A DNA stretch of 64,000 nt, from NCBI GenBank assembly GCA_951406725.2, contig OX597816.1, positions 135,098,001 to 135,162,000 on the forward strand, written 5' to 3'. The notes beneath the pieces are model-generated. The model made no database searches and was not told the DNA's origin. It saw only the letters and a program-made list of their open reading frames with translations. The position numbers and the translations under genes were made by a program. How positions within the stretch are numbered: the first letter of the stretch is position 1; every line of letters begins with the position of its first letter. This stretch comes from Octopus vulgaris. Lineage: Eukaryota. Positions 24,914-38,020 of the stretch are shown piece after piece.

Positions 24914-25798
24914 CATGGTCTGATCAATAAGTATCCGGACTGTTGCAATAGTAATGAAGCTAAAGCACGGAGAGGGAAGCTGCTTGATACAGATTGACCT
25001 TGAACTCTGCTGTGCATGTGCACTAGCTTTTAATGTTGTAGCTCACTTCTGCTGTTTACAACAGTGCTTGGAAGGAAGGTGTGTAGCATGTGATCATCAC
25101 ATTGACCATGACAAAGAATGTTGAGCAGAGAATCTGCATCAAATTTTGCCAAAAGCTTGGCAATACCTGCTCAGAGGCCCACGCAAAGTTTTCAAACAGT
25201 TTTTATCTTTCTCAACACAATCAAGGAGATCTTGTGCAACTGAAACCTGAGTGTCATTTTGGTCAGCTGAGAGCAGTGTTGGCACAAACTTGGCAAACAC
25301 ACATCTCGTACCCAAATCTTCAGTGATAATGGACTGAACTGAACTGTAACTAATCTTCACATCCTCTGATAACACATGAATGGTGATTCGATGATTTCCC
25401 CTCACAGCTGCATGCACATCTGTGATGTTTTTCTCAGTTCAGCTGGTTGCAGGTCTCCCAGAATGTTCACTGATGTCGACATTTTGTCAGCCATCTTGGA
25501 AACGTCTGAACCATTCATACACTTGAGTGCAACTCATACACTCCTCTCCATACACTTTCTGCAACTTTGCTTAGGCCTTTGAGCAAGTATCAACTTTCTC
25601 TGTGATGGTCAATGTGAGGATCACATGCTACACACCTTCCTTCCAAGCACTGCTGTAAACAGCGGAAGTGAGCTAGAAGATTAAAGCTTAGTGAACCTGC
25701 ACAACAGAGTTCAAGGTCAATCTGTCCCAAGTGGCTTCACTGTGTGCTTTAGCTTCATTAATATGGCAACAGTCCGGATATTTATTGATCAAACCTCA
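24914..25798. mobile_element. Fold-back mariner derivative (two 5' ends, long inverted arms)
   Basis: Both ends read GGT.TGATCAATAA.TATCCGGACTGTTG inward. N-terminal transposase fragments on both strands (EQRICIKFC; VFAKFVP). Confidence 0.85.
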
Positions 25799-25845
25799 TA
25801 TAAGTAAAAAAATATGTATTGAAAAAAATACAATTAATTACTAAC

Positions 25846-25980
25846 CTTAGCTGATGGAAATGATGATGTAACAACAGTAAGAAAACTACTTGGGCCTTTT
25901 TCTGACTTCAGAGCATCCCAGCATCGTTTCAGACAACTTACAGATGTATCTTGTTGGCCTAAAGCAGAAATGGCTTTGGC
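25846..25980 (-). CDS. VEPH1: VEPH1 coding exon 11
   Basis: tttttag|GCC ... AAG|gttagt; AKAISALGQQD..LKRCWDAL..FLTVVTSSFPSAK. Confidence 0.93.
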
Positions 25981-26270
25981 CTAAAAAGAAAGTTCACAAA
26001 ACTTAAATGTTTTGAATAAACAAATTTTAGAAATTATAAAAATGAATTTGTTTTATAGGTAAGAAAACATAGAACTTTGAGGCAAACAAAATGGAAAATC
26101 ATGCGAAATTTTCAAACAACAGAGTGAGTGATATAATGGGTATTGCAAATGGAAACTATAAGTTAGGAGTAAATTGCTGCAGCATCACTGCCATAAAAAA
26201 TACACAAAGCATAATTGTAGCACATCATTATAGATAGTAATATACAATATATAACAGTATATGCAATAAT

Positions 26271-26527
26271 GTGGAGGCACATGGCTTAGTGGCTAGGGTG
26301 TCAGTATCATGATTGTAAGATTGTGGTTTCGATTCCTGGACCAGGCGACGCGTTGTGTTCTTGAGCAAAACACTTCATTTCAAGTTGCTCCAGTCCACTC
26401 AGCTGGCAAAAATGAGTAACGCTGCAATGGACTGGCATCCTGTCCAACTGAGGAACACATATGCCATAGAAACCGGGAAACTGGGCCCATGGGCCTGAAC
26501 AGGCTTTAAAAGGGTGCATTTTCTTTT
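26271..26527 (+). mobile_element. tRNA-derived SINE (head B, tail X)
   Basis: A/B boxes; 13-bp TSD TATATGCAATAAT (26258-26270, 26528-26540). Confidence 0.9.
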
Positions 26528-27016
26528 TATATGCAATAATACATGTTCTTATCTAAAATTTATATATACCACTACAAATTTGTAATTGCAGAAATGTACA
26601 TATGTACATTTTCTGTCACCTAAGACTTATATATAAATAAATCTTTCATGTAACTTCAATCCAAAGATCAGTGTTTAACTCAGTTTTTTCCAGTGACAGA
26701 CAAATATTCTCCTAGATAAATATTTAATCTATCATACAAATTTTCTCAGAAGCTCTAGTGCCTATTCTACATACTTAAATGAATTAAAGTGATTTCTATA
26801 ATTTGTTTGGGTTACAGAGGTACTGACGCATCACATAATGTATTTAAACCTATCATAGCCAGACTTTACTCATGCACTGCAAGTTACTACAGCACTGCAA
26901 GATAATGAAGCAAACACCAATTACTCAGTGCTTCAACTTCTAGAAGTGATAGTTTATTAACACAGTATTTATTTCTAGATGGTGAGCATATTTACAGGTG
27001 CTGAGATATAAACTAG

Positions 27017-28030
27017 TGAAAGTGTAACTGCTAGAGTAAGAATAGCTTGGGCAAAGTTCAGAGAGCTCTTACCTCTGCTGGTGACAAAAGGCCTCTCACT
27101 CAGAGTAAAAGGCAGACTGTATGACGCATGTGTACGAACAGCCATGCTACATGGCAGTGAAACATGGGCCGTGACTGCTGAGGATATGTGTAAGCTCGCA
27201 AGAAATAAAGCCAGTATGCTCTGATGGATGTGTAATGTCAGTGTTCATAGTCGACAGAGTGTAAGTACCTTGAGAGAAAAGTTGGACCTAAGAAGCATCA
27301 GTTGTGGTGTGCAAGAGAGACGTTTGCGCTGGTATGGTCATGTGGCGAGAATGGATGAAGATAGTTGTGTGAAAAAGTGCCACACCCTAGCGGTTGAGGG
27401 AACCTGTGGAAGAGGCAGACCCAGGAAAACCTGGGACAACTTGGTGAAGCACGACCATCAAACTTTAGGTCTCACCGAGGCAATGACTAGAGACCGAGAC
27501 CTTTGGAAGTATGCTGTGCGTGAGAAGACCCGGCAGGACAAGTGAGACCATAACCCATGGCCTCTACATGGGATGTAGCCAGTCCACTTATGCATACCTT
27601 TCCTTCTTGGGACACAAAACTCTACTTGTGAAGACCTGTTGAGGCAAGTGAAAATCCAAAATCCAAAATCAAAATCAAAATCAATCAACATCAATGGAAA
27701 TTGCAGCTGTGATACCAGTGCCGGTGGTACATAAGAGAACCATCCAAACGTGGCCGCTGCCAGCGCCGCCCCGACTTGCCTTGTGCCGGTGTCACGTAAA
27801 AAGCACCATCCGATTGTGGCCATTTGCCAGCTTCATCTGGCATGTAAAAAGCCCCCACTACACTCACGGAGTGGTTGGCGTTAGGAAGGGCATCCAGCCA
27901 TAGAAACATTGTCAGATCAGACTGGGCCTGGTGCAGCCTTCTGGCTTCCCAGACCCCAGTTGAACCGTTCAACCCATGCTAGCATGGAAAGCAGACGCTA
28001 AACAATGATGATGATGATGATGATGATGAT
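27017..28030 (+). mobile_element. 5'-truncated RTE LINE with 3'UTR and (TGA)n tail
   Basis: ARVRIAWAKFRELLP..KGRLY..HGSETW..RLRWYGHV..GRGRPRKTW..DRDLW; one in-frame TGA. Confidence 0.9.
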
Positions 28031-28357
28031 GTGGTAGGCCAATACCTATCAATTTGGATAGCTGTAACTCTCATGTTTAACACAAGTGACAAAATTGCTA
28101 AAGAAAGAATTGGTGTAAATTTTAAGACTCTATGCTAAGGAAATATACCCAAATATTTGCTTTTTTGTAAGCAAAGAAAGGAATATTAAAATAATTTTAT
28201 TAAAACATTTAAAAAAAATTAAATACAGAGTATCATTAAAACTAAATCAGATATGAATTACATCTATTCAGTAGTCAATATAGAAGATAAGTGTGCACTG
28301 GTATTAAAATTAGAGTCTTATAAAAATTGAACTTGACTAAACTAGGTAAATAAATCC

Positions 28358-28398
<41 letters not shown>
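28358..28398. repeat. (ATT)n microsatellite
   Basis: About 13 units. Confidence 0.95.
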
Positions 28399-28400
<2 letters not shown>

Positions 28401-29384
28401 AATATCAAAGAAATTAAGAAAAATACAAGCTTATATGAAGTGTTCCTACATACAATCCATTGTGGCTAAGCATCCAATTGTAACATACAATATAGAAGTT
28501 CCAAATAATTATAGCAGTGAATAAATGTAGGGAATAAATAATATACACATGTGCTTATAATTTCTTCTACATTTGTTCTGTGTATCATAACCATTTTCAC
28601 TATTAAGAATAGTAGTAACCACCCCATTATGCTGGAAGCAGATTGACTGATGATACTCTAAGTGGAGTTCTAAACTCAACAGAAGCAGTTGTACATTTAA
28701 CAGTACACACAAGACATACTATTAAAATATCTAAAGATATAATGGATAAAAATATATAAAGATATTCTTAGAGGTATGTATAAACACTTGTTAATATCAT
28801 CAGAATTTTCAATGTAGCTACAATTATTTTTGATGATATAAACAAGATCAAGCAATTCTATGAGCTGTTGGCAGGAGTTATCCATGATAAAGCTAGCTTA
28901 TAGAAAAAAGTGACCTGAAAATGATGTGCATCATAAAAAAGAATAACAAAGGGTCATGGTGCATGATGGGAAACTGTATGGCAGATTCATCTCACTTGTG
29001 TCATTAAGAAATAATTAAAATTAGTTAAATTAAGAAATATCAATTGAAATGTTTCATAATCTTAGGTGAGGTACATAACACTGCCTACTGCTTAGCTGAT
29101 ACCTTCTCACTTTGTAAATAGCTGTCAGAAAAACCATCCAGCTATAAAAATATTCAATCCAATAATTAGTACATGTGAAAATCTACCAAAACTATCCCAC
29201 CTATGTATGAGAAAATTATGGATGTAAAATACTAATAACCAACTAAAAGTCTGTAGCAGCTCATGGAATACTAGCTATCATCAACATCACTAGCATTGTT
29301 GTAGTTGTCATAGTTACATTTTTTGTGTTTCTTAATAATATAAATGAGATAAATTTGCCATACAGTATCATACCATGCATCATC

Positions 29385-30700
29385 AGGTCGGGTAAGGTGT
29401 GGGGACATGCACTGCATTTGTCAGAATATTCTTAGGTCTCCCCAGGCAACCTATCAAGTAAAATCCTAGTCAATCCCCCATCTCTGTGAGATACCACCTC
29501 ATCTGCTGTGACCATGTGGTCTACCAACATGACCCATCAATCCAGCTGGATCTTCAGTGAAAAGAACATGATAAGCAGGGTCTAACTTGAAAAATCATGT
29601 CAAACAGTTTGGGCTGGTGCTCCCAAGTCATACAAGTAACAGGACATATCCCAGTTTCTAAGTAGAGTCATTGGCTAGATACAAAATCTGACCAGTGGTA
29701 ACCCACAATCCTGCAAAGCATCCTAGTACCAAAGGAGTTCAGGTGACTCCTAAAGGTCAGGGGCAGTATCCAAGTCTCACAACAACAAAGTAGGATAGGG
29801 AGGACTAAAGATGTAAAGATTCAAACCCTTGGCCTCCTGCTCAGATATCAGCATTGCCAAACACAGTTATCCAATGAGTCCACAACTGCACCAACTCATC
29901 TAAGCTTTTTTTTAAGATTTCAGACTCACAGCTAATATCACTATGAATCTCACTGTCAAGATAAGTTAAGCAGTCAACAACTCTTAACATTCTCACCCAC
30001 AACAAAGACAGACAAGATGGAGTCCTCCAAGAAACCAAAGAAGGAATGGATCTTTGTCTTGACTCAAGAAACTCAAAGACATAATAGCTCCACTTCCTTA
30101 TTTAGTGAAAAGAGAGCACTCCTTAAGACATCCAGAGACTCAGCAAGAATAACTGCATCATTAGCAAAATCTAGGTCTGTAATCCTATGAGTATACCATA
30201 ACTCAATCAAACTAGCAGGCATTAAACAGAGTGGGAGCCAAAGCACAGCTTTGATGGTCCCTAGACCTAACTCATAAAATGTCAGATGCTGAGCTCCCAA
30301 TCTCAATCAACACTGACTGTTCCAGTGTACAAGGCCATAATCAGCTTAATCAGTTAAGTAGGTATACCTTGCAGTTCCAGAATCCTCCAAAGCACATCTT
30401 GTCCACTAATTCAAACACCTTGCAGAGGATAACATAGGCTACAAGCAGCTCCTGCCAAAAGCTCCACCTGCATTCAATGAGTACACAAAGAGCCAGAATC
30501 ATGTCAGTGGTAGACCTCTTTGGCATGAATCCTAACTACTCCAGCTGCTGAGAAGCAAGCAGATGATTTCACACTCTATTCAAGATGACCCTAGCAAAGA
30601 CCTTACTGGACACAGAGACAAGTGTAAGAGCCCTATAATTGCCCCATAGTGGGGTAATTATGCCCCTGTTCCAGCCAGGTTGTATGATGCCACTGCACCA
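29385..30700 (-). mobile_element. Old RTE-like LINE RT remnant
   Basis: ITDLDFANDAVILAES (YADD-equivalent) and TYLDSEI motifs, heavily disrupted. Confidence 0.7.
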
Positions 30701-31265
30701 TGATCCTTTGTTCTTCTTTTATGATGTACCTCATTCTCAGATCTAATCTAATAAATCTATCCCTTTTTTTTTATAAGCTATCTCTACCACCGATGACTCC
30801 TACCAACAGTTTACAGAATCATTTGACCTAGTATGGCATCACAAATTTACATTATAAAAAGTAATTTTCAAAATTTGTCTTGAGACATCTTGTACACTTT
30901 GTAAAGTGCTTGGCATTAAAAAGTGCATCCAGTTGCAGAAATCATACTAAAGCAGACTGCAGAGCTTGATGCAGTCTTCTAGTTTGCCAGCCCCTGTGAT
31001 ACCATGTAGCCAAGGCAAACATTGAAGGCAGATGTTAAATGATGATGATGATGATGATTTACCAGTAGTTAATGGTTATGTTAACTACTGGTAAATTGTT
31101 TAATAACAAAGCTGAGGAAAGCATATAAGGACTTTGTTAAATTTTTAAAGTGTTTCTTTTCTTTGCATTTCAACAATTTTTTCAAAGAAAATTATTTAAT
31201 TAGGCTAACATACTTCTACATAACTATAAAATATCTAATTAAAAAACTGTGTAAAAGTCACTTAC

Positions 31266-31408
31266 CTGCAAAGCTAGAAACATGAGATGAATCCAGGTTT
31301 TGGGTATGTGTGTAATTAACACAAAACAATTATTACTATAAAGACACTCATCTCCACGATGACTGGAACATACAAAGTTTAGCTTAACATAACGTTTATG
31401 GCGACCAT
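31266..31408 (-). CDS. VEPH1: VEPH1 coding exon 10
   Basis: ctag|AT ... CAG|gtaagt; CLYS..F...T..PKTWIHLMFLALQ. Confidence 0.95.
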
Positions 31409-31650
31409 CTAGATAAATAAAGTACAAATATAGCATGATATTAATAGATCAGATATTAGGAAAAGAAAATATAGACAAAAATAGATGAAAAAATGAGAGG
31501 AAGTTTTATATAATTTTAACTTAATAAATAAACTAATCACATTGCAATAACAGCTTTATCTATCTAATCCCACATTATAACACAATGTTGAAGTATTTTT
31601 CAGATAATAGTTAAAATTCAAAAAATGTGGTTTTAAAAAAAAATACTTAC

Positions 31651-31768
31651 TAACAACACTACATTTTACAGGTGATGGCAAACGAGCAGTCACATTATTG
31701 ATAAAAACACGGATCTTTCCAAGATGCTTTTCACAAAACTGTTGGACAACATCACGATACAGTTCCTT
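31651..31768 (-). CDS. VEPH1: VEPH1 coding exon 9
   Basis: ttctcag|AAG ... A|gtaagt; RDVVQQFCEKHLGKI...RLPSPVKC. Confidence 0.93.
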
Positions 31769-31844
31769 CTGAGAAATTCAAAAATTACAGAAAGTTAAAA
31801 CAAACACAGGAAGTGTATGTGTACTTGTGTGTGTATGTAGGTAG

Positions 31845-32168
31845 TGAGGCAAATAGCTTAGTGGTTAAGGTATTTGGCTCATGATCATAATGTCATGAGT
31901 TTGATACCTGTGGGTGTGTTATGCTCTTGAGCAAGACACTTTATTTCATGTTGATCCAGTTCACTCAGCTGGCAAAAGTGAGTCGTACATGTATTTCAAA
32001 GGGTCAGCCTTCCCACATTCTGTGACATGCTGAATCTCCCTGATAACTATGTTTAGAGTACGCATGTCTGTGGAATGCTCAGCCACTTGCACATTAATCT
32101 CACAAGCAGGATGTTCTGTTGATTAGATCAGCTGGAACACTCATCATCATAACCCAACAGAGTGCCAG
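31845..32168 (+). mobile_element. tRNA-derived SINE (head B, tail Y)
   Basis: Head like 26271, tail like 47085-47255. Confidence 0.8.
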
Positions 32169-34610
32169 CCTGTAGGTATGTGTGACTGTGCATACATTGA
32201 TGCGCAGTTGGTTGCATGTGAAATAAAAATGCATAAATGGAGGATGCTTTGGCATTGAACAACACCTGAATAATTTTTATTTGTCTTCTGAAGAACTCTG
32301 GGAAATATTTTTCAAGATCAGAAGTGAAATGTCAAGTTTGCATATAGATAATGACTGTATACAGGTTGTTAAAGAGGAATAAAACATTTGTTGTTAGACA
32401 TAGCAGAAAATAAATCATTAAGAGACAGAAAGAAAAGTCTGGGAGATGTAACCAAACCTTTAGATAAACCACAGAATCAATAGAAACATCAGGATTAAGT
32501 TCAAATATATGCCATGTTATAAGTTTCTGAGGCTTACTCTAAATTCAACCATGCCTGCATGCATGCATGAATGTATGCATGCAGCAAAAACACAAATTAG
32601 AGATAGTATTTAAGTTATGTCCAAGACATTTTGTTTTAATCAGATACACAAATACCAAATTCATGTAACAACAACTAAATGCAACTGGTGGACAAGTTAT
32701 ATTTATCAGATGTTATAACAGTCAAACATGTTGGTAAATTACACTTCTTCCCCTATTTTCTTCAGTTTCTCTTCCTCAAGCTTTATCCACTTAGAGTGCT
32801 TGGTAGTTCTTTATACAATTGACATCTTCCACACACATTGCAGACCTAACAGTAGTCTCTCTCTCTTTTTTGTACACTTAAGTTTTTCCAAAGTCACAGT
32901 CAATGACTTTGCTGATACTAAAGTTTCCAAAGACAAGATAATGACAAACTGTCAGGGAGCCTCCAAACCAGTCATAGCCAAACTGCAACCCACAGAACTT
33001 TCTGAATGGCATGCTTAATGGAAAATTATCTCAAATTTTTCTAGCAGTTCAGCCTGTTTGATGATGAACCATGTCTCATGTAGCCCTCTTCTTGGAAAAG
33101 GTTGTCAATGCCTGATCTAAACAATTACTTGGCAACTCAAAATATCAGGTAAATCTCCCTCATATTGTATCCTACTGTCTTTAGATGGGAAGGATACATT
33201 AATAATATAGTTATGTGTAGAGACACTAAGAGAAAGCGGGGAGAGAGACAGGGGGAGAGAGAGAGGGGGTAGTGACAACTTGAACAACTGTGATTATAGG
33301 TCTGTCTAATCAAACTTCAACTGGGTCTAAACAACATCAACAAAACAAAATGATGCTATTTGACCCCCAGATCATCTCTGATTGACCAAACTTATGGTTA
33401 AAAATATTCCAGCTGTACTTATCTGTTTTTAGCAATATGCATCTACTTATGATCAAAAGCATTCCATTACTATCCAGTTTTTTTATCATTTTTATCTCAG
33501 GCATGTTGTCACAGATTACATTATCTGATGTGTTTTTCCTTCCTTTTTTTTTTTTGAGGGAAGTAGTGGGGTTTGATCTGAGAGAGAGGTGACTACTAAC
33601 TCTAGCAGGTTGAGTAACTATATAAAATTACTGCCAATCTTTAATAGATTGTCATTTTGGTCTCCCTTTGCTTACTAAATGCAAAAGATCTCCAAAAGAT
33701 CTAGATCATTGAGAACAAAAAGTAATCTGAGGTAATGAAAAAGGCTACTATTAATAATAATTGTTTCTATTTGGCAGGCATAGAGACGTTGGAGGTAAGA
33801 GCTGTAGGCTGCTAATTGGTAGTTAATTTGGTACAGTGAGAGGTGTCTAATTTCTTGGCTTATTTTCATTGTGGATTGTTTTCAAATCTCAATGTAAATA
33901 CTTGTAAAGAGGAAATGGTTTCAAAATTTTGAAGCAGATTAGTTAAAGGTGATCACTAAAACACCGAGACTTGATAGGCTTATGTACAGAAAAAAGAATT
34001 CTGTATCTGGCAGTTATGTGCATAAAGTGGTGAGGAGAGCCAGCTACAGAAGAGAAGTCTTAAGTTATGTATGTGTGATTGCTTATACACACACACACAC
34101 ACACACACACATATGCACAAAAAGTTAGGGGGAAATAAGCATTAAACATAGAGCCTCTGAAGGTGTACTGCTTACTACACTAATCAGTGAAATTATTAAT
34201 TAATCATTTACACCTTCATAAACTTTACCACCTACACACATAAAACCTCATACCTATATAAAAGGAGACATTAAAGATAAAATATTCATGACTATCTCAT
34301 AATTATCACTGTATCATCGAGACTATCAGATGCTGTTTATACACCACTGATCATAATGCACTTCCTCACGTTGTTGTAATTTTCAAATGATGCTAGCCCA
34401 GTGGTTAGGTGGGAAGGCTAACATTACCCCTGAATGAAGCACCAATCCATTGCAGGGATAACCCATTTACACAAGAACACAATGCACACCAGTCTGGCAA
34501 TTGTGGGTGCAACAGTATGAGGCCATGCACCCTCACCAAATTACGTTAAACTCACTGGTAGTGGGGGAGGGGGTGAAAAACAAAATATAGGCAGCATTCA
34601 TGTCACTCAC

Positions 34611-34749
34611 CATAGAAGAAACAGGAGATGGACAGGATGGATTTGTGGCAGTTGATGTCAGACTGTTACTAAGAGGAATGTCTGATACCATGGTTTCAAA
34701 ACTTGGGCTAGTTGGTCTATCAAATATTGGGTCAGTATTTAATGAACTT
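34611..34749 (-). CDS. VEPH1: VEPH1 coding exon 8 (S/T/P-rich linker)
   Basis: ttttcag|A ... ATG|gtgagt; phases 2 and 0 bridge exons 7 and 9 exactly. Weak homology support. Confidence 0.8.
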
Positions 34750-35190
34750 CTGAAAATACACAACAAATGACATCAAGTTTATCTCTAAAGATTTTCTATA
34801 GAATGTAGAGCCAGCACTGAAAGTTATGATGCTTCATATACATCTAAATAAACAATGTAATCAAAAACAGAAAAATGGGTAATGAGTGCATATGCATATT
34901 TCAGGAGTTATTGTTCTTTCTTCAGTATCACATCCAACCCATTAACTATCCTTAAATACATTGCTTAAATAACCACTAAGTTTAGTAATGTAACACTATT
35001 GAATAAACCAATTTACATATTAAACACATTCCTGGCAACTGGTTTGTTCATATTAATGAAAACAATGCACTGATAACACAAAAGTAGAACACAGCATTGA
35101 CTTATAAACCTTTAGTATATTTGGTAGTGTATTATGGTTGCAAAACAAAATATGGTCCTTACCAGCAATTAACAACAATTGACATATTAA

Positions 35191-35397
35191 CCCTTTAGTA
35201 TCTAGATTACTCTGTCAAATGTAATGCTTATTTACATTGTTTTGAATTAAATATGCATTATTTTGTAGCATCAATGCTGAGACAGTGTATTTTTAGAATG
35301 ACATTGTAGGGTAGATGTAAGAAGTCAGATCTGACCATTTTGAATATAAAACATGAGAATATTTGGGCCAGATATTGCTAGTTTAAATATTAAAGGG
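35191..35397. mobile_element. piggyBac-type MITE
   Basis: TTAA TSD on both sides; TIR CCCTTTA...TAAAGGG. Confidence 0.85.
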
Positions 35398-36760
35398 TTA
35401 AGAGTATTGAACCTGTCATTGTTTCCTTTTGTCAAGACTAAAAACATTGATTTTAAGAAACTTAATTGGTAGGTTAAGTTAGAAATCATTTAATTTAATA
35501 GAATCTTGGGAACAAATGAGAATACTTTCTTGGAATGTTTTGCCCAGTCAGATAGTACTTAGAAATCTGGCACTATGTTTATTGTCTATAATTAAATTTT
35601 TGGTGGGTAGTACAAGATAAAATCAGAACTTTATTTCGAATGAAAAATATTAGTTGTAAAATACAAAATGATACTCTTAAAGGTTTGCATTTGTATTTAT
35701 TTATTTTTTTACCCAACTGAAATTTAAATAATTGTAAATAGTTTAGTAAAATACTTTTCATAAATAATAAGTTTACATTCTCCTGCAAGATGCTGCATGA
35801 TGAAATAAGACCAAATCATACAAAATATATCAAACTCCAAACAAGATAGTAAAACCCAAAAAATGATTTAATCCAAATAACTGCAATTTTATCATAAAGC
35901 TCTATTTTACAAGTTTATTGCATGACTTTAAATTTAAGGCATTATTCAGGTAGTTTTTCAGGCTGAATTTATGACCTACAGTATAGACAGGCTAATAAGC
36001 AGCCAAATTTCTTGAAGCTTTTTTGGTTACCTGACTAACATGACTGAACAGTCCAGTGTTAGTTTTTATGTTATAAAAATCAGTTTGCTGGAGAAAATAT
36101 TTCATCACTGCTCATCCTGCATAACTAGTGTATATCCTTGCATGTTGAAGGGCATATCTACATGAGTTCATAGTATGCTGTTCAATGTCAGTGAAATCTG
36201 GTTTCAAAATATCAAATACAGGCACAACACCAGCTTCGTGGATGCTGATAGTCCAGAACCTCTTATAATGTACACTAATTTGTGAGCCGGAAATTCAAAT
36301 TCCTGCAACTGATAGACTAGTTTACTGGTACCTTGCACCGTACAGTATTAATAAACTTATATCATTTATATTAATGTATAGGTACCTGTATTTCATTTAA
36401 TTACTTAAATAAATTTAATGTTTGTTAATATAGAGTGTGTTAGCCAAGGTGACCAACCCTAGCTTGGAAAACAAAATCAGTAGTCAAGAAAGGCTTTAGA
36501 ACAAAAGGTTCTGGAAAATCAATGTTATACTTGTACTAAAACAATCTCACTTAAAGTAGCAGCATCGTGATTGGATGACCATCTTATCATTAGCATCATC
36601 ATCATCATCAATTAGCAACTGTTTTCCATGCTGGCATAGATTAGATGGTTTGACCGAAACTGATAAGCCAGAGAGTTGCACCAGGGTTCAGTCTGTTTTA
36701 GCTTGATTTCCACAGTGGGATACACTTTCTAACATCAATCACTCCATAGAGTGTACTGGA

Positions 36761-37092
36761 TGTCTTTCACATGTCACTGGCATGGCTACCTCTCGTGTAT
36801 CACTGGCACCGTTCTGGTGGCACTGGCTCAGATGCCTTTCGAGTGTCACCAGCATGGGTGCCTTTCATGCGTCACCAGTATGGGTGCCTTTTGTGTGTCA
36901 CCAGCACAGGTGTTTCTCACTTGTCACTAGTACGGGTACCTTTCACATGTCACCAGCATGAGTACCTTTCACATGTCACCAGCACAGGTGCCTTTCATGT
37001 ACCACTGGCATGGGTGCCTGTCGCATATCACTGGCACAGGTGCATTTCATGTGACACCAGCACATGTGCCTTTCACATGTCATCAGCACTGG
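36761..37092. repeat. 26-bp minisatellite (about 12 degenerate units)
   Basis: Unit approximately GGTGCCTTTCACATGTCACCAGCACA, contiguous with an RTE-tail repeat at 36590-36760. Confidence 0.85.
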
Positions 37093-37719
37093 CCAGAAAA
37101 CATGTACCTGAAGAAACCACTTTGATACGTTACTTGTCAATGATGTCATCAGTTGGAGAAATCTAACCTACAGTGGTTTCATCAAAGGTGGTTAACAAAG
37201 ATGCTTAGATTCCAAGTGAATAGTACTGACTCTCAAAGAGAAATGTTAAGGACTACAAAACATCAATACTATGTTGTATAATATTAAAGCAGATTTTGAT
37301 GCTCATAAGGAAATGGTTGGAAAAGTGCTATGAAAGCAACAATAATGATAGACGTGGTGGTGGTGGTGTGGTGGTGGTAGTAGTAGTAGTACTAGCAGCA
37401 ACAGTGGTAGCAGTTAGTAGTAGATGTAGTGGTGGTGATAGTGGTAGTAGTAATAGTAGTAGTACTAGCTGGACCCATGAAAAATTCACGTAATACATAA
37501 AAAATGTAAGCATCTGTAAATTGTGTGCTGGTGCCATGAGAAATGTTTCTATATTGCAACAGTTACAGAATATAGAAAGAAGTGTAAAACCAATAACTAT
37601 ATAATCCAACTAAAATATCTCAGTTACGCAAACATAAACAGAATTATTATTTAACCTTAAAATATATCGCACATATTCAAAGAATCTTCTTGGTTTAGTG
37701 GTACGGAACGTTCTTCTGG

Positions 37720-38020
37720 TATTCTTTTATTCTTTTACTTGTTTCAATTATTTGACGGTAGCCATGCTGGAGCACCACCCTTGAGTCGAAGAAATTGACC
37801 CCTGGACTTATTCCCTGTAAGCCTGGTGCTTATTCTATCAGTCTCTTCTGCCGAACAGCTAAGTTACGGGGATGCAAACACACCAACATCAGTTGTCAAA
37901 CAATGGTGGTAGGGGACAAACAGACACAAACAGAAACACATAAAAATATATATATGACGGGCTTCTTTCAGTTTCCACCTACCAATTCACTCACAAGGCT
38001 TTGGTCAGCCCAAGGATATA
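37720..38020 (-). mobile_element. SINE family K
   Basis: Reverse complement of the family K body and end. Confidence 0.75.

Noticed and set aside
36761-37092. CRISPR-like array
   Set aside because: Units are contiguous and degenerate with no unique spacers, there are no cas genes, and the context is a eukaryotic intron.
37107-37161. Possible extra VEPH1 exon (FLQLMTSL...WFLQ|gt)
   Set aside because: No polypyrimidine tract; exons 7 and 8 already join in phase.
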